NCBI GenBank assembly: GCA_963733635.1
Contig: CAVTEH010000008.1
Location: forward strand, 65,746-129,745
DNA: 64,000 bases
Direction: 5' to 3'
DNA from: an uncultured Actinomycetota bacterium
GTDB taxonomy: Bacteria > Actinomycetota > UBA4738 > HRBIN12
The notes beneath the pieces are model-generated. The model did no database searches. It saw only the letters and a program-made list of their open reading frames with translations, and was not told where the DNA came from. Of the stretch, positions 28,812-37,278 are shown piece by piece. Each line of letters starts with the position of its first letter. Positions within the stretch are counted from its first letter, which is position 1. The translations under genes and the position numbers were made by a program.

Positions 28812-29617
28812 CTGACGACACAGCGACACCAGCTGCTCTCGCCACCCTGGAGGTGCACGATCTGCATGCCTCCGTCGAGGGAAAGCCCATCCTCAACGGG
28901 ATCGACCTGGTCGTGCGACAAGGGGAGACCCACGCGTTGATGGGTCCCAACGGCTCGGGCAAGTCCACCCTGAGCAACGTCATCATGGGCCGCCCGGGCT
29001 ACGTGATCACCGAGGGGAGGGTGGTCTTCAACGGTGAGGACATCACCGTTCTGACGCCCGACGAACGCGCCAAACGGGGCCTGTTCCTGGCGATGCAGTA
29101 CCCCACGGAGGTGCCGGGGGTCAGCGTCGTGAACTTCATGCGGACCGCCTACCAGGCAGTGAAAGGCGAGCAGATCAGCGCACTCGCGTTCCGCAAGCAC
29201 ATGAAGGACCAGATGGACCGGCTCGGCATCGAGGACGCCATGGTGAACCGCTACGTGAACCAGGGCTTCTCAGGCGGAGAGAAGAAGCGGAACGAGGTGT
29301 TGCAGCTCGCCGTGCTCGAGCCTCAGATCGCGATCTTGGACGAGACCGACTCGGGGCTCGACATCGACTCATTGAAGCTGGTGGCCGAGGGCGTCAAGGA
29401 GCTCGTCGGGCCCGGTTTGGGCGTGCTGCTCATCACGCACTACCAACGCATGCTCAACTACATCACGCCCGACCATGTTCACGTGATGCTGCGCGGGCGT
29501 ATCGTGAAGTCCGGCGGCCCGGAGCTGGCCCACGCCCTGGAGGAGAAGGGGTATGAGGGCCTTCGCAGCGAGCTGGGACTGAGCGCCGACGAGGACGAGA
29601 TCGCAGAGGCGGGATGA
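28808..29617 (+). CDS. sufC: Fe-S cluster assembly ATPase SufC
   Basis: Walker A GPNGSGKST, ABC signature FSGGEKKRNE and Walker B AILDETDSGLD. ATG 28808 overlaps the Rieske stop. Confidence 0.93.
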   Translation: MTDDTATPAALATLEVHDLHASVEGKPILNGIDLVVRQGETHALMGPNGSGKSTLSNVIMGRPGYVITEGRVVFNGEDITVLTPDERAKRGLFLAMQYPTEVPGVSVVNFMRTAYQAVKGEQISALAFRKHMKDQMDRLGIEDAMVNRYVNQGFSGGEKKRNEVLQLAVLEPQIAILDETDSGLDIDSLKLVAEGVKELVGPGLGVLLITHYQRMLNYITPDHVHVMLRGRIVKSGGPELAHALEEKGYEGLRSELGLSADEDEIAEAG

Positions 29618-29639
29618 TGAGCGAGCACAGAGGGGCACG

Positions 29640-30858
29640 TTGGACGTCGAGGCGATCCGTCGCGACTTCCCCATCCTGTCCCGCACGGTCGGTGACCATC
29701 CGCTCGTCTACCTCGACAGCGCCGCCACCAGCCAGAAGCCCAACCAGGTGATCGACGCCGAGGCCGACTTCTACCGGCGCCACAACGCCAACGCGCATCG
29801 AGGGATCCACATGCTGGGCGAGGAGGCCACCGAGGCCTACGAAGGCGCCCGGGCTACCGTGGCTCGGTTCCTCGGTGCCCCGTCGCCCGAGACGATCGTG
29901 TTCACGCGCGGGGTCACCGAGTCCCTCAACCTCGTGGCCCAGGGGTGGGGACGGAAGTTCCTGACCGAAGGCGACGAGATCCTGCTCACCGAGATGGAGC
30001 ACCATTCCAACATCGTGCCCTGGCAGATGACGGCGGCGGTCACGGGCGCGACGCTGCGCTACATCCCGCTCACCGACGACGGGCTGCTCGACCTGTCGGG
30101 ACTGGGGTCCTTGCTCACTGAACGCACGAAGATCCTGGGCGTCACCGGCATGTCGAACGCGCTGGGCACGATCACGCCGCTCCGTCAGCTCGCCGATGCG
30201 GCGCACGCAGTGGGTGCCATCATCGCCGTCGACGCCGCCCAGCTTGCACCGCACCTGTCGATCGACGTCGCAGGCGCTGGACGTCGATCTGTTGTGCTTC
30301 ACCGGCCACAAGATGCTGGGACCCACCGCCAGCGGCGGGCTGTTCGGCACGCCTGAGATCTTGGATGCCATGGACCCCATGCTGGGCGGCGGCGAGATGA
30401 TCCACGAGGTCTTCCCCGACCACAGCACGTACAAGCCCGCGCCCTTCAAGTTCGAAGGTGGCACGATGCCGTTGGCTCAGCAGGTGGGCCTGGCGGCCGC
30501 GATCGACTACTTGGACGACTTGGGCATGGACAACGTCCGTGCCCACGAAGAGGAGGTCACCCGCTACGCGCTGGACCGCTTGCTCGACGCAGGCGCCACG
30601 ATCTTCGGCCCCAAGGACGCCAGCATCCGCGGTGGAGCGGTGAGCTTCTGGTTCAAGGACGTGCACCCGCACGACCTGGCCACGATCGTCAACGAGCAGG
30701 GCGTGGCGATCCGCGCCGGGCATCATTGCGCGCAGCTGGTCATGCGTCGGTACGGCGTGCCGGCCACGGCCCGCGCGTCGTTCTACGTGTACAACACCAC
30801 CGGCGAGGTCGATGCGCTGATCGACGCACTCGACCACGCGCAGTCCATCTTCAGCTGA
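29640..30858 (+). CDS. sufS: Cysteine desulfurase SufS (class V aminotransferase); one internal frame break
   Basis: ORFs 29640..30356 and 30196..30858 are colinear with SufS (YLDSAATSQKP, HHSNIVPWQ, FTGHKMLGPT with the PLP lysine, RAGHHCAQ). The break is near 30270. TTG 29640 is in frame. ATG 29617 would be usable only after an indel in the GGGG run at 29632-29635. Confidence 0.88.
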
Positions 30859-30873
30859 ACGAGAGAGGCAACC

Positions 30874-31334
30874 GTGGCGCTCGACGACATCTACAAGGAA
30901 GTCATCCTCGATCACTACAAGAGCCCGCGGAACAAGCGGGAGCTGCCGGGCGCCGAGCGGCAGGGCCACGCGAACAACCCGCTGTGTGGAGACGAGATCA
31001 CCGTCTTCGCGCACGTGGAGGGCGACGCGGTCGCCGAGGTGACGTTCCAGGGCGCGGGGTGCTCGATCAGCCAGTCGAGCGCGTCGATGATGACCGAGGC
31101 CGTCACGGGCGCTCCCGTCGCCGATGCGCTGAGGCGTGGCGTCGGACTTCCGCGGCATGATGGCCGGAGACGCTCGAGCCGTCCGAAGACGAGTTCGGTG
31201 ACCTTGTGGCCCTGAAGGGCGTCGTGCAGTACCCGATCCGCATCAAGTGCGCGGTCCTGGCGTGGGACGTGCTGCAGGATGCTCTCGACGGCTCGGGTAA
31301 CGCCAGCGGTGCCCAGCCGCACGCGGCGGGCTAG
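30874..31334 (+). pseudogene. sufU: SufU/IscU-like sulfur-transfer scaffold, about 2 frameshifts as assembled
   Basis: The product reads ILDHYKSPRN, NPLCGDEI, GCSISQSSASMMTE, then after shifts near 31140 and 31170 continues DFRGMMAGD / LEPSEDEFGDLVALKGVVQYPIRIKCAVLAW, ending at TAG 31332-31334. Confidence 0.8.
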
Positions 31335-31370
31335 CTCGCCCGCGGCTTTGGCACCATCTAATCTGGCGCG

Positions 31371-32433
31371 ATGCCGCGCCTGAAACCGTCGCTCGACTGG
31401 CTCCTGGTGTTGGTGCCGGTCGTCATCGTCCTCGAGGTCGTGGGTGGCGCCGACCTCGCGATCTTCCTGACGTCGGCGGCGGCGATCTTGCCGCTGGCGG
31501 GCCTGATCGGGCAGGTCCACCGAGCAGCTCGCGTTGCACACCGGACCAAGGATCGGCGGGCTCATCAACGCCACGTTCGGCAACGTCACCGAGCTGATCA
31601 TCGCGTTCTTCCTGATCCTGGACGACAAGACCGAGATCGTGAAGGCCTCGCTCACGGGATCGATCATCGGGAACCTGCTGCTGGTGCTCGGGCTGTCGTT
31701 CCTGTTGGGTGGATTCCGCCACTCCGAGCAGCACTACAGCGCAGGCGCGGCGTCGGTGCACTCCACGTCGCTGGTCCTGGCCGTGACCGGCCTGTTGATG
31801 CCGGCGTTGTTCGCCCTGGGATCCAACGGAGAGAACCTGCTGGAGCGCGAGGTCGTCAGCGGCATCGTGGCGGCGGTGCTGATCGCCCTCTACGTGGCCG
31901 CCCTGGTCTTCACCTTGGTGACGCACGAGCACCTGTTCCACGTGCCGGATGAAACCGAGCAGCCCGCGTGGTCGCGCCGCAGGGCGATCAGCATGCTCCT
32001 GCTGGCGACCGGCCTGGTGGCGCTGATGTCGGAGTTCCTGGTGGGATCGCTGGAAACGGCCCTCGACGACATCGGCATCTCGGAGTTCTTCGTCGGACTC
32101 ATCCTGATCCCCATCATCGGCAACGCCGCGGAGCACTCGTCGGCGGTGCTGTTCGCCCTCCGCAACAAGGTGGACGTCACGCTGGAGATCGCGATCGGCT
32201 CCTCGACCCAGATCGCGCTATTCGTAGCGCCGGCGCTCGTGTTCATCTCGCTCGCGGTGGGCCACCCCATGGACTTCATCTTCTCGACGTTTGAGGTGGC
32301 GGCGGTGGCGCTTTCGACCATCCTGGTGTTCATGATCTCCAGCGACGGTCGGAGCAATTGGCTCGAGGGCGCCCAGCTCACGGGCGCCTACATGATCATG
32401 GCCATCTCCTTCTTCTTCGTGGAGCACCTGTGA
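31371..32433 (+). CDS. Ca2+/H+ antiporter (CaCA/ChaA-like); one frame break
   Basis: It has alpha-repeat motifs (GLINATFGNVTELIIA and PIIGNAAEHSSAV) and about 11 TM segments. The N-terminal 48 aa (ORF 31371) join ORF 31534..32433 through a shift near 31515. Confidence 0.82.
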
Positions 32434-34250
32434 TCAGCCGGCGGCGTGCGTGCCGTGTGGGGCGGATCGCGGTCGTGTCGATCGCGTGCATCGCCGCGAT
32501 GTGGGTGCCGGCCTCGGCGTGGGCCCAGTTCACCGAACAGATCGACCGCTACGACGTTCGCATCGACATCGGAACGGACGGGTCGCTGCGGATCACCGAG
32601 ACGATCGACTACGACTTCGGCATCTCCGAGCGTCACGGCATCTACCGCGACGTACCCACGCGGCTGGAGTACGACGACACCTACGACCGCGACTACCCCC
32701 TCACCGTGGAAGAGGTCACCGCCAGCGACGGCGCGTCGGCCGACTACGAGGTGGAAGGCATCGCGGGAGGGCTGACCCGGATCAAGATCGGCGACGCCGA
32801 CGAGACGATCTCCGGCGAGCATCGCTACACGATCGTGTATCGGGTCGAGGCGGCGATGAACGGGTTCGAAGAGCACGACGAGCTGTACTGGAACGCGATC
32901 GGCACCGAATGGTCCGTGCCGATCCTGAGGGCCAGCGTGCAGGTCACGGCCCCGGCCTCGATCAGCGCGACCGCATGCTTCCAGGGCCCCCTGCGGAGCA
33001 ACCTGGAATGCGCCGTGCAAAGGACCGATGGGGACCGTGCCAGGTTCGCTCACACCGGTCTCGGCCCATACGACGGGCTCGCGATCGTGGTGGCGCTGCC
33101 GAAAGGGAGCGTGACGAGCACTGCGCCGATATTGACGGAACGATGGAGCATCCAACGCGCGTTCAGCATCTCGCCCGTGACCGGCGGCCTCGCCGGCGTG
33201 ATGCTCGCCGGCTCGCTAGGTGCGGTTGGTGCGCTGCTCTGGCGCAGCGGGCGTGATCGCCGGTTCCGCGGGTCGCCCATCGATCAGGTGATGGGCAACC
33301 CTGACGGCAGCGACGAGTCCGTTCCGCTGTTCGACGCCGACAGCGAGTCTCCGGTGGAGTTCGCCCCTCCGGGCGACATGCGACCCGGGCAGATGGGAAC
33401 CCTGGTCGACGAGCAGGCCAACACGTTGGACGTGTCGGCCACGATCGTGGACCTCGCGGTGCGCGGGCATCTCATGATCCAGGAGATCCCCAAGGAAGGG
33501 TGGTTCGGCAAACCCGACTGGACCCTGATCCGTCTGGAAGAGTCCGCGGAAGGCCTGCTCACCTACGAGCGCCGGCTGCTGGACGGACTCTTCCGAGACG
33601 GCGCCGAGGTGACGATCTCGGCCCTGCGGAACACCTTCGCGACACGGCTCGCGGGCGTCGAAGAGTCGATGTACGTTGACGCCGTCAACCGCGGATGGTT
33701 CCGCGTCCGGCCGGACAAGGTCCGTGAATCGTGGAGGAACCGCGGGATCCTGCTGTTGTTGGTGGGGGCCGCCCTGACGTTCGTGCTGGCGCGGTGGACC
33801 CACTTCGGGTTGCTGGGCATCCCTGTCATCGTGGCCGCGCTCGTGATGGTGATCGGTGCCAAGCACATGCCGTCCCGGACCGCCAACGGCACCGCCATGC
33901 TGCGGCGGGTCCGCGGGTTCCGCCGTGTGATCGAGACGGCCGAGACACACATGTCGCAGTGGGCGGAGAAGGAGATGGTGTTCACCCGGCTCCTTCCCTA
34001 CGCTGTGGTCTTCGGGTGCACCGATCGATGGGCGCGAGCCTTCGAGGCGCTCGGCGTGCAACCGGACACCTCGTGGTACGTCTCACCCAGGCCGTTCGTC
34101 TACCTCGAGTTCGGCCGGGCCATGGACGGGTTCGCGGTGACCACCGGTGGCACGATCGCCTCCACCCCGTCCGGTTCGGGTTCCAGCGGCTTCGGAGGCG
34201 GTGGCTTCTCGGGCGGTGGTGGTGGCGGCGGGGGAGGCGGAAGCTGGTGA
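32430..34250 (+). CDS. DUF2207 domain-containing membrane protein
   Basis: It has a signal/TM segment, then YDVRIDIGTDGSLRITETIDYDF..HGIYRDVP, central and C-terminal TM helices and a Gly-rich tail (GSGSSGFGGGGFSGGGGGGGGGGSW). GTG 32430 overlaps the cax stop. Confidence 0.7.
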   Translation: MISRRRACRVGRIAVVSIACIAAMWVPASAWAQFTEQIDRYDVRIDIGTDGSLRITETIDYDFGISERHGIYRDVPTRLEYDDTYDRDYPLTVEEVTASDGASADYEVEGIAGGLTRIKIGDADETISGEHRYTIVYRVEAAMNGFEEHDELYWNAIGTEWSVPILRASVQVTAPASISATACFQGPLRSNLECAVQRTDGDRARFAHTGLGPYDGLAIVVALPKGSVTSTAPILTERWSIQRAFSISPVTGGLAGVMLAGSLGAVGALLWRSGRDRRFRGSPIDQVMGNPDGSDESVPLFDADSESPVEFAPPGDMRPGQMGTLVDEQANTLDVSATIVDLAVRGHLMIQEIPKEGWFGKPDWTLIRLEESAEGLLTYERRLLDGLFRDGAEVTISALRNTFATRLAGVEESMYVDAVNRGWFRVRPDKVRESWRNRGILLLLVGAALTFVLARWTHFGLLGIPVIVAALVMVIGAKHMPSRTANGTAMLRRVRGFRRVIETAETHMSQWAEKEMVFTRLLPYAVVFGCTDRWARAFEALGVQPDTSWYVSPRPFVYLEFGRAMDGFAVTTGGTIASTPSGSGSSGFGGGGFSGGGGGGGGGGSW

Positions 34251-35245
34251 CGAGGATCGTCTTCTCCGATGACGGGCGTGACTTCCGGCGCCGCGGGTGG
34301 GCCGAGCTGGTCGAGGCCGACCCCGCGGGCACGTTCTTCCACACCCCGGCCTACCTGAAGCTGTACTGGGAGGAGTTCGGCGAGACCCCCGAGCACCTGC
34401 TCCTGGCGTTCGCCGAGGAAGATGACGGAACGCAGGTGGGCGCCGTGGCGTTCGAGCGGATCGACGAGACCCTTCGCTTCCTGGGCGGCACCGAGGTCAC
34501 CGACTACATGGGCCCCGTAGGACTGCCCGGCCGGCAGGACGCCATCGCGAAGGAGCTGTGGTCCGCTCTGCTCGCGCGGGAGGATTGGTCCGGAGCCGAC
34601 CTGCGCGGCCTGCTCGAGGTGCATCCATGGGTCGGTCTGCTCCGCGATGCCGCGGCAGCGCAAGGGCTCTCCGTGGAGGAGTCCGACGACCAGAACGGGG
34701 TCGCGCCGTACCTGCCGTTGGCGCCGACCTGGGACGGCTACCTGGAGACGCTCTCCTCGAAGTACCGGCATGAGATCAAGCGCAAGGCCCGCAAGCTCAT
34801 CGAGGAAGCCGGCCCCTACCGCATCGTGGCCGCCACCAGGGACACCCTCATCCCATTGCTGGATCGGTTCGTGGAGCTCCACCGCATGTCCGAAGGTCCC
34901 AAGGGCGTATTCATGGTGCCGGGCATGGAGATCTTCTTCCGGCGTCTGGGCGAGGCATTCTGCGCCGAGGGCCTGTTCCGGATGACGTTCATCGAGGTCG
35001 GCGGCCAGCTGGCCGCGGGCACGATCGGATTCGAATTCGGCGGCGAGTCGCTGCTCTACAACTCGGCCTTCGATCGAACGTGGGGGAACCTGGCGCCCGG
35101 CATGGTCCTGGTGGGCGAGGACATCCGCCTCGCGATCGAGTCGGGCTGTACCGCCTTCGACATGCTGAAGGGCGACTACCAGTACAAGTACCGATTCGGC
35201 GCCGAGCCACGAGCCGTCAAACGCCTCCAGGTCACCAGGACGTGA
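34247..35245 (+). CDS. GNAT-fold acetyltransferase, BioF2/CelD/FemAB-like (Acetyltransf_6 type)
   Basis: FHTPAYLKLYWEEFG, SSKYRHEIKRKARKL, and the C-terminal YNSAFD...GMVLVGEDIRLAIESGCTAFDMLKGDYQYKYRFGA. GTG 34247 overlaps the DUF2207 stop (GTGA). Confidence 0.65.
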   Translation: MTRIVFSDDGRDFRRRGWAELVEADPAGTFFHTPAYLKLYWEEFGETPEHLLLAFAEEDDGTQVGAVAFERIDETLRFLGGTEVTDYMGPVGLPGRQDAIAKELWSALLAREDWSGADLRGLLEVHPWVGLLRDAAAAQGLSVEESDDQNGVAPYLPLAPTWDGYLETLSSKYRHEIKRKARKLIEEAGPYRIVAATRDTLIPLLDRFVELHRMSEGPKGVFMVPGMEIFFRRLGEAFCAEGLFRMTFIEVGGQLAAGTIGFEFGGESLLYNSAFDRTWGNLAPGMVLVGEDIRLAIESGCTAFDMLKGDYQYKYRFGAEPRAVKRLQVTRT

Positions 35246-35278
35246 CTTTCCGCGCGGGGCGGATCAACACCGTCGGTC

Positions 35279-35565
35279 CTGACCGGGGTCGCCGCGGGGC
35301 ACGCGCCGGCGGCAGCGCTTCCCTCGCTCGTCGCTCCGCGACATCGCTCAGTCCAGATGCTGCCTCTGGCGCGACCCCGCGTCGATACGACGGTCAGGCC
35401 GTGTGCGTGGTGGTGGTTCGCCCGGCGGGCGTGAGAGGCCGAACCGGCGAAGGATCCGGGTGCCGTCCGGAGGACTGCATCTGGACTGAACGAAGCGAGC
35501 GGAGCGAGCGAGAGAGGGGAGCGCAGGCCGCGGGACGGTCCCGGAGCCTCCCCGCCGAGTGCGGG
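35279..35565. repeat. Intergenic repeat copy A (~287 bp, internally quasi-palindromic); inverted partner at 36957..37250
   Basis: A hand alignment to the reverse complement of 36957..37250 gives roughly 90% identity across the full length. For example, GGGGTCGCCGCGGGGCACGCGCCGGCGGCAGCGCTTCCCTCGC is identical in both, and so is CCGGGTGCCGTCCGGAGGACTGCATCTGGACTGAACGAAGCGAGCG. The copy lies between convergent genes. Confidence 0.85.
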
Positions 35566-35596
35566 GGTCTTGCCTCATGCACCGACCAGCCAGCGG

Positions 35597-36319
35597 TCAG
35601 GCCGGTTCGATGCGTCCGGTTGCCAGGGTTGAGCCGTTGTCGCGGGTGAGCGTGACTCGATCGAAGGGTTGAAGGTCGACGGACGTCACGAGCCATCCGT
35701 AGCCGTCGCCGTCGCGGTCGATCGAGATGGGCCATGTGTCCAGGGTTCGGCCGTCGGCCGTACGAAGCGTGGCGATCGCCTCACCCGAGACTCCCGAGGT
35801 CCGCACGAAGACGAGCACCCACGATTGATCGACGTGGGAGTCGTAGACGACCACGCTGCCGTCCAGTGGCTGGTGGCCTGTCGACGAGAGCTTGCCCAGG
35901 CGGAAGTCCTTGCCTCCCAACGTTTCGAGCAGCCGGTCGTAGCTCTGCGCCCCGTCTGCCGCCACCTGCGCCCGCTGCGTCTGGACCGCGGCGACGCTCA
36001 CCGACGCGACCAGCAGCGCGGCCACGACCGCCGCGGCGATGAGCATCCAGGTGGGCCGACGTGTCGCGCCTCGCTGGCCGTCGAGATCTCGCCACTCCTC
36101 TTGGAGCGCGGCCCGGACCTGGTCCTGGAGCTCGGGCGGTGGCACACCGTCGTGGACGGCTCGCGCGAAGAGCCCGAGGCCCTCGCTCAGATCGTTCATC
36201 TCGCTCCGGCATGCGGCGCAGCCCCGCAGGTGCCGGCGGGTCGAGCGGTCTTCGTCCGCGCTCAGCGTGCCCAGCACGTGCTCTGCTGCCCGCTCGCGAA
36301 TCTGTTCACACGTCGTCAT
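35597..36319 (-). CDS. Anti-sigma factor (zf-HC2 type, single-pass membrane)
   Basis: ATG 36319 gives MTTCEQIRERAAEHVLGTLSADEDRSTRRHLRGCAACRSE (an H-x3-C-x2-C zinc motif). A TM helix (WMLIAAAVVAALLVASVSVAAV) and an extracytoplasmic domain follow. The gene overlaps the sigma gene's 3' end by 14 nt. Confidence 0.85.
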   Translation of the reverse strand: MTTCEQIRERAAEHVLGTLSADEDRSTRRHLRGCAACRSEMNDLSEGLGLFARAVHDGVPPPELQDQVRAALQEEWRDLDGQRGATRRPTWMLIAAAVVAALLVASVSVAAVQTQRAQVAADGAQSYDRLLETLGGKDFRLGKLSSTGHQPLDGSVVVYDSHVDQSWVLVFVRTSGVSGEAIATLRTADGRTLDTWPISIDRDGDGYGWLVTSVDLQPFDRVTLTRDNGSTLATGRIEPA

Positions 36320-36887
36320 GGATGTCCTCCGACATCGCCTCGCGCAGGCGAAGCAGCGCGGTGCGGATGCGGGTCTTGGCGGTTCCCACGGGGATCCCTT
36401 CCAGCTCGGCGACCTCCGCGCTGGTCTTGCCGCCGAAGTAGGCCAGCTGCAGCGCCGCACGTTGTTCCGCGCTCAGTGAGGTCATGGCCTGTCGCGCTCG
36501 GTCTGCAAGGTCGCCCGTCGCGGCGAGCTCGTCTGGCCCGGCGCCCGGGTCGGTGTCGCCGGGCGCGCCAGTGGCTTGCAACGAGCGTACCTCAAGCACG
36601 CGCCGACGCAGCGAGTCGATCGCGAGCGACCGGGCCATGAGCAACACCCACGTTTCCAGCCTGCCCCGTGTGGTGTCGTAGCGATCGGCGCTGCGGAACA
36701 CCTTCACGAAGGTGTCCTGCACCAGATCCTGCGCGGCGGCATCACTGCCCAACATCACGATGCCCAGCCCATAGATCCTGGATGCGAATCGCTCATACAA
36801 GGTGTCGGCCGCCCCCTGGTCGCGCGCGGCGAAGGCGCGCATCAACGCGGCATCATGCTCCGGCTCTCGAGTGCTCACATGTGGCAC
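36306..36887 (-). CDS. ECF-type RNA polymerase sigma-70 family factor
   Basis: It has region 2 (AQDLVQDTFVKVFR..TWVLLMARSLAIDSLRRR) and region 4 (LSAEQRAALQLAYFGGKTSAEVAELEGIPVGTAKTRIRTAL). GTG 36887 follows CCAGGAGAACC. Confidence 0.9.
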   Translation of the reverse strand: MPHVSTREPEHDAALMRAFAARDQGAADTLYERFASRIYGLGIVMLGSDAAAQDLVQDTFVKVFRSADRYDTTRGRLETWVLLMARSLAIDSLRRRVLEVRSLQATGAPGDTDPGAGPDELAATGDLADRARQAMTSLSAEQRAALQLAYFGGKTSAEVAELEGIPVGTAKTRIRTALLRLREAMSEDIHDDV

Positions 36888-36956
36888 GGTTCTCCTGGCA
36901 CGTTACTCCCAAGCAATACGAACGAGCGCATCTGTGGGTTTCTCCAAGAGCACAAC

Positions 36957-37250
36957 CCGCCGCGCTCGGCGGGGAGGCTCCGGGACCGTCCTGCGGCCTG
37001 CTTCTTCCCTCTCTGGCTCGCTTCGCTCGCTTCGTTCAGTCCAGATGCAGTCCTCCGGACGGCACCCGGATCTTCGCCGGTTCCGCCTCTCACGCCCCGG
37101 CGGACGAACCACCACCACGCACACGGTCTGACCGTCCTACCGACGCGGGGTCGCGCCAGAGGCAGCATCTGGACTGAGCCGATGCGAGCGAAGCGAGCGA
37201 GCGAGGGAAGCGCTGCCGCCGGCGCGTGCCCCGCGGCGACCCCCGTCAAG
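36957..37250. repeat. Intergenic repeat copy B (~294 bp), inverted relative to copy A
   Basis: See 35279..35565. It has the same 13-bp perfect internal inverted core (TCAGTCCAGATGC at 37036-37048 and GCATCTGGACTGA at 37165-37177), spaced 116 nt apart as in copy A. Confidence 0.85.
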
Positions 37251-37278
37251 CGACGATGACCTTGCTCTTGTCCTCTCA

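Noticed and set aside
35279-35565. The repeat unit as a retron msr/msd, a riboswitch or another structured ncRNA, or as coding sequence (ORFs 35348..35578(-), 36802..37131(+), 36903..37124(-)).
   Set aside because: There is no reverse transcriptase or other partner gene nearby. Differences between the two copies break rather than preserve potential pairings in the central 116 nt. The overlapping ORFs are Arg/Pro-rich and exist on both strands because of the palindromic nature of the element.
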